From a bacterium (GTDB lineage: Bacteria; UBP15; UBA6099; JAJRTR01): a stretch of DNA of 37,612 nt. The position numbers and the translations under genes were made by a program. Under the pieces are notes generated by a model that was not told where the DNA came from, did not search any database, and saw only the letters and a program-made list of their open reading frames with translations. Shown here piece by piece: positions 30,304-37,471 of the stretch. The stretch spans positions 1 through 37,612 of the forward strand of contig JAJRTR010000007.1 of NCBI GenBank assembly GCA_024278215.1, in the 5' to 3' direction. Each line of letters starts with the position of its first letter. Within the stretch, counting starts at the first letter, position 1.

Positions 30304-30768
30304 ATGGGAAAGTCTTATGAAGGAAAGCTCTTAGCGGATGGACTCAAGCTGGGTATTGTCTGCGGAAGATTCAACGATTTCATAACCAGCCGCCTGCTTG
30401 ACGGCGCGAAGGATGCCATTGTGCGCCACGGCGGAAGCGAAGACGACATAGATGTCGCATGGGTGCCCGGCGCGGTCGAAGTCCCGATTGTCGCGAAAAA
30501 AATGGCCGCCTCGAATAAATACGATGCCGTAATCTGTCTCGCCGTCGTCATCAGGGGCGGAACACCTCATTTCGACTATGTTTGCAACGCCGTTACGAGA
30601 GGCGTCAACACTGTCGCGCTCGAAACCGGCGTGCCGACCATCTTCGGCGTGATCACTTCCGACTCTATCGACCAGGCAATTGAAAGAGCAGGCACAAAAG
30701 CAGGCAACAAAGGCTTCTCCGCCGCTCTGAGCGCTATCGAAATGGCCAACCTGATGAAAGAATTCTGA
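30304..30768 (+). CDS. ribH: 6,7-dimethyl-8-ribityllumazine synthase
   Basis: [43 protein letters not shown] 30304 follows GGAG. Confidence 0.97.
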   Translation: MGKSYEGKLLADGLKLGIVCGRFNDFITSRLLDGAKDAIVRHGGSEDDIDVAWVPGAVEVPIVAKKMAASNKYDAVICLAVVIRGGTPHFDYVCNAVTRGVNTVALETGVPTIFGVITSDSIDQAIERAGTKAGNKGFSAALSAIEMANLMKEF

Positions 30769-30772
30769 TTCG

Positions 30773-31270
30773 TCAACCGAACCATTTTGTGGCAAGGTCG
30801 ATTGCGAATTGCCCGACCAGCAGCACGATATAGTATCTGACTACTTTTCCGATGAATGAAACAACGAGGAAGTTGCGGAGGTCTATTTTTAAAATACCGG
30901 ACGCAACCGATGTAAGCGACACCGGCGGCACACTGATTATATTTGAAACCAGCACTACCGCCTCGCGCACATTGCCCAGTCTGCCTGTATCGAAACTCTC
31001 GATTTTGTTCTTCACTTTGACGCTCATCTTCATAGCGCCGCTGCCCATCGAGTAATATATCCAGCTCCCCGGCACACTGCCCGCCGCAGCCACGACCGGA
31101 AGCAGCCACGGGAAACTCGTGCTGTATTGCGCTATGTCAATCTGCGTGCCGAATATATTGAATGTCATCATGTCCATATTCGCCAGCACAAGCAGCGCCA
31201 GTTCCGACGGCAGAAAAAAGAACACGCTCGAAATGAACGCGCATATCGGGGCGAGAATATATGCAGCCAT
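30773..31270 (-). CDS. VTT/DedA-like (YqaA/SNARE-associated) membrane protein
   Basis: FFLPSE, AAAGSVPGSWIYYSMG, SVASGILK, F....FIGKVVRY. The ORF-track extension to 31348 lies inside the MITE, so the start is placed at ATG 31270. Confidence 0.75.
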   Translation of the reverse strand: MAAYILAPICAFISSVFFFLPSELALLVLANMDMMTFNIFGTQIDIAQYSTSFPWLLPVVAAAGSVPGSWIYYSMGSGAMKMSVKVKNKIESFDTGRLGNVREAVVLVSNIISVPPVSLTSVASGILKIDLRNFLVVSFIGKVVRYYIVLLVGQFAIDLATKWFG

Positions 31271-31297
31271 TGTACCTTTTCTTAAAACACAGTCCGG

Positions 31298-31478
31298 AGA
31301 GCCAATTGCAAAATTATGATTCGGCTGCGGTCGACTGCAACTGTCCATAGCTGCGTTGTCGGCACAAAATCATCCTCAACGTACTCGGCGAGTACACCTG
31401 CGGGGATTTTGCACCTCCGCCTTGCTTCTGAAAAATTTCGTTCGACCTCGCTACGAACATAACTTCGCAATTGGCTCT
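31298..31478. mobile_element. ~180-bp MITE-like element with terminal inverted repeats
   Basis: The left end AGAGCCAATTGCAAAATTATGATTCG and the reverse complement of the right end AGAGCCAATTGCGAAGTTATG-TTCG match. The right end finishes in ...CTCTA. Internal nested palindromes (caaaatc...gattttg, gtactc...gagtac). No coding capacity. Confidence 0.75.
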
Positions 31479-31504
31479 ATTTATTGTCAGGCAGCATACT
31501 CCAA

Positions 31505-31720
31505 CTATTTCATGGCTTCGGCCAGATGTCTCGCAATTGGTTTCGCCAGTTTTTTTGATATGTCGGACATCTCAATGCCTATCACTTTTCCGTCTTCGCC
31601 ATATTCCAGCCTGACATTGTCCTCTACTTCTTCCGAATGCAGTGAAAAACCGCTGCCGAATGAAATATAAAGAATATCTACATCTTCATCAAACCAGACT
31701 TTTACTTTATTCTTACCCAT
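31505..31720 (-). CDS. DUF2283 small protein (putative antitoxin)
   Basis: WFDEDVDILYISF...EVEDNVRLEYGEDGKVIGIE is the DUF2283 pattern; AGGAGG RBS before ATG 31720. Confidence 0.85.
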   Translation of the reverse strand: MGKNKVKVWFDEDVDILYISFGSGFSLHSEEVEDNVRLEYGEDGKVIGIEMSDISKKLAKPIARHLAEAMK

Positions 31721-31989
31721 CTCGTCCCCTCCTTCTTTTTCAGTTCTTTCTCCAGGTTTCGGCATGGGTATACCGTAACGATCTTAATCACGTTCTCCAT
31801 TTTTATAAACGGAACTACGAGGTTGGTTTCCACACCGCCAATTTTCACTTTCCTTAATGCGACCATTGTCCGGTAGGCCAGATCGTAGTACACGTAATCA
31901 GGCGCATCGACCGCTTTCTCTATCTCTTATTTTCTGAGCCCGCGTTCTCGCAGTTTGAGTTTCGCGTGTTTTGAATATTCTATCTTCAC
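31702..31989 (-). pseudogene. DUF4258 (RelE-like putative toxin) with an in-frame TAA at codon 21
   Basis: From GTG 31989: MKIEYSKHAKLKLRERGLRK*EIEKAVDAPDYVYYD...IKIVTVYP. The stop is at 31927-31929. The HA..+..ERG and IVTVY motifs fit DUF4258, and the gene overlaps DUF2283. Confidence 0.8.
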
Positions 31990-32081
31990 TTGTGTTCCGG
32001 TTTATCCGGGAATCTTTCCTTTCGTCCCGATCAATAATCACCATGTATTTTACTTCCACGACTATGTTATCCATATTTTTC

Positions 32082-32110
32082 ATTATACCCTTCAAAACAC
32101 GCAGGGGCAA
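32082..32110 (-). promoter_or_regulatory. Putative sigma70 promoter upstream of the DUF4258/DUF2283 pair
   Basis: Minus strand TTGCCC-17 nt-TATAAT. Confidence 0.5.
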
Positions 32111-32129
32111 GATAACTCAATGGTTCTTA

Positions 32130-32290
32130 AAACCGCAAACCGGCCGGGCGTTAGGGTTAGCTCCCTGCCAGACCGACCGGCGCTTTGGGTTTTATTCGGG
32201 CGGCGAATCATGTCCGCCGCCACGGGAATGAGACTGGACTTTTCACGCCCGCTCCGAAGGTCCACCGGGATTCTTCGGATTCCGGCTTTT
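32130..32290 (-). ncRNA. Structured GC-rich non-coding element, possible DGR spacer RNA remnant
   Basis: Three stems: 32253-32259/32273-32279, 32199-32207/32213-32221 and 32140-32147/32173-32180 (with an inner AGGG/CCCT). It lies downstream of the avd fragment, where TR, spacer and RT would normally follow. Confidence 0.45.
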
Positions 32291-32343
32291 GTGTGTCCTT
32301 TCCCCCGTGTTCTTTGTGTCTCCGTGTTTGATCTTTAGTTTTT

Positions 32344-32428
32344 TTCAACACAGAGGCACGGAGGGCACAGAGAAATTCTTGGAAAATTCAATTTCTTCCC
32401 CCTGTGTCCTCTTTGCCTCTGTGTTGAA
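32344..32428. repeat. Imperfect palindromic (REP-like) repeat truncating the avd fragment
   Basis: TTCAACACAGAGGCA (32344-32358) pairs with TGCCTCTGTGTTGAA (32414-32428); inner GAGGGCACAG/CTGTGTCCTC. A degenerate single arm lies at ~32300-32330. Confidence 0.75.
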
Positions 32429-32443
32429 CCTTTTAATCTTTTT

Positions 32444-32551
32444 TCTCGTTCCAAGCGTGTATCGCTTGTTTTTCGGGAATCGCGCCGCCCGTTCCATCAG
32501 CCATTTGGTCACGAGATACGCTTTTTCAAGTGCGACTGCTTCGGTTGAAAT
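32444..32551 (-). pseudogene. avd: 5' fragment of an Avd-like (four-helix-bundle) DGR accessory gene
   Basis: 36 codons, (I)STEAVALEKAYLVTKWLMERAARFPKNKRYTLGTR, matching the Avd-family N-terminus KxYxxxxWxxxxxxxFPxxx+xxLGxR. The start position is ATT behind AGGTG. Homology stops just before the palindrome. Confidence 0.7.
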
Positions 32552-32587
32552 TCTGAAACACCTGTCTTTCTGAAAAAAAAATCGCGA

Positions 32588-32606
32588 GCAGGGACTCCGC
32601 CCCTGC
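32588..32606 (-). other. GGA-triloop hairpin downstream of the DGR variable region
   Basis: Minus strand GCAGGGGC-GGA-GTCCCTGC: an 8-bp stem with one G-T pair, followed by a T tract. Confidence 0.65.
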
Positions 32607-32611
32607 ACCCC

Positions 32612-32701
32612 GACAAAGGACAAAGGACAAAGGACAAAGGACAAAGGATCAAAGGATCAAAGGATCAAAGGATCAAAGGATCAAAGGATCAAAGGATCAA
32701 A
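32612..32701. repeat. Short tandem repeat array: (GACAAAG)x5 then (GATCAAAG)x~7
   Basis: Read directly from the sequence; it abuts the stop codon of the CLec lipoprotein gene. Confidence 0.97.
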
Positions 32702-35700
32702 TCAGTCCTGGGCACAACGAAAGCCGTTCTGGAGGTACGAGTAGGTCGGATAGTACCCGTAGCGGTTGGACGCCCGCACGCGCCTCGGGTAGTCGCCCCA
32801 CGAGCCGCCCCGCAAAACACGGTAAGTACCAGACGTCGGACCTGTGGGATCAGTTGTCGGACTTGATGAATAGTAACTTGAACTATACCAGTCGTTCACC
32901 CATTCCCATACGTTCCCCGCCATGTCCATGGCTCCGTAATAGCTCGCCCCGGACGAGTAACTGCCCACTTCCGTTGTGTCTCCGACACAATATGATCCGT
33001 TTTTGAAGTTCGCCAGCGAACACGTCGGGGCCGTGTCGGCCCACGAATAGATATTCTCGCTCGGACTTGGTCCACGCGCCGCTTTCTCCCATTCGGCTTC
33101 GGTGGGCAACCGACCGCCGATCCAGCCGCAGTACGTGCTCGCTTTGTTCCAGTCAACGTATATCACCGGGTAGTTATCGTACGTCGCATTGCCATAATAT
33201 GACGAATGAGTATAAGATGCCGAGCTTGACGGCGCGGAGCACGTGCCCGTGTCCACGCAGGCTTTATACTGCGCGTTCGTCACTTCGTACTTCTGTATCT
33301 TGTACTCGGAAAGCGTCACCGTATGTTTGGGCGATTCTTCGCTGTAGCAATCCGTATCCGCGGCGGCGCAGCCCATGACGAAGTCCCCGGCGGAAATGGT
33401 CAACCATGCGTTGGTGTCCTTTGCGTCGTTCTGGCAGGTGGCCGAGCATCCGTCGCCCCCGGTGGTGTTGCCGTCGTCGCATGTCTCTCCGTTGCTTGTG
33501 TCGGTGGTGGAGTAGCCGCAGAAGGAGACCGTTCCCGATGCCGTCTGGCAAGTGGCATTACATACGTCGCAACTCGTCTGGCCATAGGTGCAGGTTTCTG
33601 TAACGGTGTTGCCGTCGTCGCATGTTTCGCCTGATTCGGTCACGCTATTACCGCAGACGGACGTTGTGGTTCCGTCGCACGTGGCGTTGCAGTAGTTTGG
33701 CTGGCCGTTGTTCGAGCCGTCGTCGCAGGTTTCGCCCTGTTCGGTGGTTCCGTTACCGCATACCGGCCCGCTCACTCCATAGTCCTGGGCACACCGAAAA
33801 CCGATGACGTTGTACGCGAGGGTCGGATTGTGGTTGTTGCGGTTGGACGCCCGCAAGTTCCCCGAGTTGACGTCCCACGAGCCGCCACGAAGAACACGGT
33901 AAGTACCGGACGTCGGGCCCGGAGGATCAGTCGACGGACTCGATGAATAATAACTCACATCATACCAGTCGTTTACCCATTCCCATACGTTCCCCGCCAT
34001 GTCCATGACGCCGTAATAGCTCGCACCGGATGCGTAGCTTCCCACTTCCGTTGTGTCACCGACATTATAGTCTAAGTTCGCAAGCGATGACGTCGGAGCC
34101 GTGTCGCCCCAGGGATATATGTTCTCGCTCGGACTCGGCCCGCGTGCCGCCTTCTCCCATTCCGCTTCAGTCGGCATCCGCCCGCCTATCCAGCCGCAAT
34201 ATGTACTCGCCTGGGTCCAGCTCACGTATATCACCGGATAATTGTCATAAGTCGCATTGCCGTAATATGACGAATGAGTATAAGATGACGTGTCTGACGG
34301 CGCGGTGCACGTTCCCGCGTCCACGCAGGCTTTATACTGCGCGTTCGTTACTTCGTACTTCTGTATCTTATACTCGGAAATCGTCACTGTGTGTTTGGGC
34401 GATTCATTGTTGTTGCAATCCGTATCCGCGGCGGCGCAGCCCATGACGAAGTCCCCGGCGGAAATGGTCAGCCATGCGTTGGTGTCCTTTGCATCGTTCT
34501 GGCAGGTGGCCGAGCATCCGTCGCCCCCGGTGGTGTTGCCGTCGTCGCATGTCTCTCCGCTGCCGGTGTCGGTCGTGGAGTCGCCGCAGAAGGAGACCGT
34601 TCCCGATGCCGTCTGGCAAGTGGCGTTACATACGTCGCAACTCGTCTGGCCATACGTGCAGGTTTCGGTAACGGTGTTGCCGTCGTCGCAGGTTTCGCCA
34701 GACTCGACCAGGCTGTTGCCGCACACGGAACCGGTCATACCGTCGCAGGTAGTGTTGCAATAATTTGGCTGACCGTTGTTCGAGCCGTCGTCGCATGTCT
34801 CTCCGTTGCCTGTGTCGGTGGTGGAGTCGCCGCAGAAGGAGACTGTTCCCGATGCCGTTTGGCAAGTGGCGTTACATACGTCGCAACTCGTCTGGCCATA
34901 CGTGCAGGTTTCTGTAACGGTGTTGCCGTCGTCGCAGGTCTCGCTGTTAACGGTATCTGTGTTTCCGTCACCACAATAGGGGCCGTTTACTACTGTTACC
35001 TGTGCACTGCCGGAAATTGTTCCGGATGTGGCAGCGACAGTACCGACGCCTTCTGTGATTGCGGTGAACAGACCGCTGGAGTCGATTGTACCGACGCCGC
35101 CCGTGACACTCCATGTTATAGCCATGGTGGCAGTTGCTGTAACGGCCATGCCGTAAGTGTTTTTCGGTGTGGCGGTAAATTGTGCTGTCGCGCCCACCGC
35201 GACCGTTGTGGTGGCGGGTGAGACGTCGATGATTGAAACCACAGACCCGGTGTTCTCGTAGTCCAGCACATCCTGTATGTTGATGTTCCGGTAATCGCAG
35301 CCCGAGTTGTGGAACGCATCCACGGCGGCGGTCAGGTTGTCTATCTTATCCTGAGACACCCTGGAGAGAATCACGCCTTCGCGCGCGGCCAGTGCCACGG
35401 CAGCGTCGGCGATTACCGTGGTGCGGTAATCTGCCGTGCCGCGGGTTAGTTCGCCCTCGCGGATTTCCGGGATAATACACTTTATTGTATCGGTGGCACC
35501 ATCGGGCCATGTTGCAATCGCGGTCATGAGGTGGTTTACGCCGATGGGCACTTCGAGCATGGAGACCTTACCGTGACCGCCGGAGGCGTCGATTTGCGTT
35601 GTCGCCGTTACTGACGGGAACACGGAATCATCTTCAGCGTAGTAACCGGTGACAGTGACTATTATGTTGATAGTGCCTGTGGCTGCTGTTCCGTCGTCGC

Positions 35701-35860
35701 GGTCGGCGGTTCGGCTGTTGAAGTGAAGCTCGAACGCAGCATTGCCGTGGCCGGGCGTGGCGGATATTGAGGGTGAAACGCCGCCACCGCCTCCACCGCC
35801 ACAACCACACAGAATAGCGAATACAGCGAGCACTACTGTTATCATCAATGTTTTTTTCAA
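32702..35860 (-). CDS. Surface lipoprotein: Ig-like domain, Cys-rich (DUF4215-like) repeats and two FGE-sulfatase/CLec domains; putative DGR target
   Basis: TTG 35860 behind AAGGAGG; lipobox LCGC plus a poly-Gly linker. Big_2-like segment (VSPATTTVAVGATAQFTA...WSV..GVGTIDSSGLFTA); CGD...GETCDDGN repeats; two copies of F.MG...EVTNAQY...R.PTEAEWEKAARG...DMAGNVWEW...RVLRGGSW...GFRCA. Confidence 0.92.
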   Translation of the reverse strand: MKKTLMITVVLAVFAILCGCGGGGGGGVSPSISATPGHGNAAFELHFNSRTADRDDGTAATGTINIIVTVTGYYAEDDSVFPSVTATTQIDASGGHGKVSMLEVPIGVNHLMTAIATWPDGATDTIKCIIPEIREGELTRGTADYRTTVIADAAVALAAREGVILSRVSQDKIDNLTAAVDAFHNSGCDYRNINIQDVLDYENTGSVVSIIDVSPATTTVAVGATAQFTATPKNTYGMAVTATATMAITWSVTGGVGTIDSSGLFTAITEGVGTVAATSGTISGSAQVTVVNGPYCGDGNTDTVNSETCDDGNTVTETCTYGQTSCDVCNATCQTASGTVSFCGDSTTDTGNGETCDDGSNNGQPNYCNTTCDGMTGSVCGNSLVESGETCDDGNTVTETCTYGQTSCDVCNATCQTASGTVSFCGDSTTDTGSGETCDDGNTTGGDGCSATCQNDAKDTNAWLTISAGDFVMGCAAADTDCNNNESPKHTVTISEYKIQKYEVTNAQYKACVDAGTCTAPSDTSSYTHSSYYGNATYDNYPVIYVSWTQASTYCGWIGGRMPTEAEWEKAARGPSPSENIYPWGDTAPTSSLANLDYNVGDTTEVGSYASGASYYGVMDMAGNVWEWVNDWYDVSYYSSSPSTDPPGPTSGTYRVLRGGSWDVNSGNLRASNRNNHNPTLAYNVIGFRCAQDYGVSGPVCGNGTTEQGETCDDGSNNGQPNYCNATCDGTTTSVCGNSVTESGETCDDGNTVTETCTYGQTSCDVCNATCQTASGTVSFCGYSTTDTSNGETCDDGNTTGGDGCSATCQNDAKDTNAWLTISAGDFVMGCAAADTDCYSEESPKHTVTLSEYKIQKYEVTNAQYKACVDTGTCSAPSSSASYTHSSYYGNATYDNYPVIYVDWNKASTYCGWIGGRLPTEAEWEKAARGPSPSENIYSWADTAPTCSLANFKNGSYCVGDTTEVGSYSSGASYYGAMDMAGNVWEWVNDWYSSSYYSSSPTTDPTGPTSGTYRVLRGGSWGDYPRRVRASNRYGYYPTYSYLQNGFRCAQD
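32705..32809 (-). repeat. Putative DGR variable region, terminal copy (VR2)
   Basis: GGSWGDYPRRVRASNRYGYYPTYSYLQNGFRCAQD; differs from VR1 mainly at codon positions 1-2. Confidence 0.8.
33782..33886 (-). repeat. Putative DGR variable region, internal copy (VR1)
   Basis: GGSWDVNSGNLRASNRNNHNPTLAYNVIGFRCAQD; AAC-rich, with the same 3' end TGTGCCCAGGACT as VR2. Confidence 0.75.
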
Positions 35861-35943
35861 TTGAACAACCTCCTTTTTATAACCATGAATACCGCCTTCA
35901 TAACCTTCACGCAAAAATATATGATTCATACCTTTACATTCAC

Positions 35944-36990
35944 TCACGGTTCAACATATACATCTAATTCAAACTGTCCTGTCTTATAATCTTCCAGCGA
36001 CATCTCGACGATGTCGTTCGTCAACTGCTCGTCCATAACGTCATCATTGATCGTGTCGACAGCGGCGTCCGCCGCGTCAGTGACATCCATCTCCGTAGCA
36101 TCAGCCTCAACGTCAACCGGTTCCTCTATAACCGTAATATCTTTATCAGTGGATTCTCTCATTTCTGTTCCCGTTCCAGTTACAGTTCCGGATTTGGGTT
36201 TTCCCACAGCCTCACCATTTTCACCGGCAGATTTTTTATCATGCTTCATGATGCCCTTGCCATGTTCCGCACCTTTACCCTTGCCCTGCGCTCCTCTGCC
36301 TCTCTTTCTCTCCTCCTTGCCCTTCTCCAGTGTTTTTCCCCCATGAGATTCATTTTTCACCTCTTGGGCCTGTTCATGCGCCTTCTGTTTCATTTCAATC
36401 GGCATAGGCACAGCTCCACCAACTACCCCTGTGGAATCGACTGTTACAATGAAATCCGGCATGACAATAGTCTCTACGCCACCCGCCTCGACGTAAATCT
36501 CGCCAGCGGTAACACCGAAGGTTGAAATCCGGTCCGCTGACACATCCACAAAAAGGTCCGTGCCACGCACGCCCGCAACAGCGGTAGGCGTTCTTATCGT
36601 AAATGAGGATTCCACAGAACGCAGCTTGCCGACATGCGCGTTTATATTGCCTTTTGCAATAACGAACCCTGAATTTTCGTTTCCGTTACTATCACGCTCA
36701 AGCCGGGAAATGTCGAGAGTAGTCAGCGCTTGAATCTTCAACACATGTCCGTTGCCCCATAAAAGAAGGCACGACGATGACGGCCCGGTTCGCACGGTCG
36801 CACCGACAGACAACTTACCGCCCGCGGCAACTTCGGTCCACTCCGCCCCGGCTGACGTGCGTGCCTCAACCACGCCATCTACTCTCTGTACTGTCACCAA
36901 AGTCTGTTCGGCAACCGCCGCATTGATTCCGAAAAGAATCACCATGGCGACCACCGCCGCTATCATATTCAATTTCCATAAGTTTTTCAT
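35944..36990 (-). CDS. Secreted FecR-domain protein with a low-complexity basic then acidic C-terminus
   Basis: Signal peptide; G..VRTGPSS...FTIRTPTAVAGVRGTD...V..GEIYV FecR motifs. Confidence 0.82.
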   Translation of the reverse strand: MKNLWKLNMIAAVVAMVILFGINAAVAEQTLVTVQRVDGVVEARTSAGAEWTEVAAGGKLSVGATVRTGPSSSCLLLWGNGHVLKIQALTTLDISRLERDSNGNENSGFVIAKGNINAHVGKLRSVESSFTIRTPTAVAGVRGTDLFVDVSADRISTFGVTAGEIYVEAGGVETIVMPDFIVTVDSTGVVGGAVPMPIEMKQKAHEQAQEVKNESHGGKTLEKGKEERKRGRGAQGKGKGAEHGKGIMKHDKKSAGENGEAVGKPKSGTVTGTGTEMRESTDKDITVIEEPVDVEADATEMDVTDAADAAVDTINDDVMDEQLTNDIVEMSLEDYKTGQFELDVYVEP

Positions 36991-37471
36991 TTGTTACCCC
37001 GCCTTTCATTTGTCGCAAAAACTTGATTCGTGTGTAAAAAGCCGCGGATGACATTTGTCAACGGACAATAAGCGACGATAGCGAACTCGTAAAGAGCGTT
37101 TTTGCGTATTTCCGACGACTTTAGAAAAACACCTGTGTTGAAAATGACTAATTACACGCGAATCAAACTTGCGTATTTATAAAGAATTCGTGTTTTTGCC
37201 ATTTATTTTCTCTCCGAGATCCGATACCTGAGTTTTTTGTCCCCAGCTTTGCAATACTAACATGTGTACAACAAACATATCTTTATGTATATGCTTGTTA
37301 TGCATTTCGTTGCGTTTTGATCAACTTTCAGAGTATTTTCGCACAGAATACTATATTCAACTATTGATTAGTATTCGCATTTTATCAAAATTCATGATAA
37401 TTCAACAGTATTTCGTAAAAAAACTTCAGAGTGGCTCGTGTGCTTTATCACTATTCGCGAAAAACACATGT

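Noticed and set aside
31282-31670. Short ORFs sharing the peptide HNFAIGS
   Set aside because: The shared peptide comes from translating the MITE terminal inverted repeats on opposite strands.
31898-32110. Start of a DGR reverse transcriptase, or a HicB-like gene (VKYMVIIDRDE)
   Set aside because: No RT motifs. The HicB resemblance covers only about 11 residues, and the rest of the ORF is an alternative frame of the DUF4258 gene.
32345-32644. 99-aa ORF as a real protein
   Set aside because: It is a chimera of the tandem repeat, the hairpin, the Avd-like fragment and the palindrome; only the middle 36 codons look protein-derived.
32612-32701. CRISPR array
   Set aside because: The units are 7-8 bp, directly adjacent, with no spacers, and there are no cas genes.
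33782-33886. The internal AAC-rich copy (VR1) as the DGR template repeat for VR2
   Set aside because: Many VR1-to-VR2 differences are at non-A bases of VR1 (GTC/GAC, TCG/CCG, GGG/AGG, TTG/GTG, CAC/TAC, CTC/TAC, GCG/TCG). VR1 therefore cannot be the template; both look like mutagenised products.
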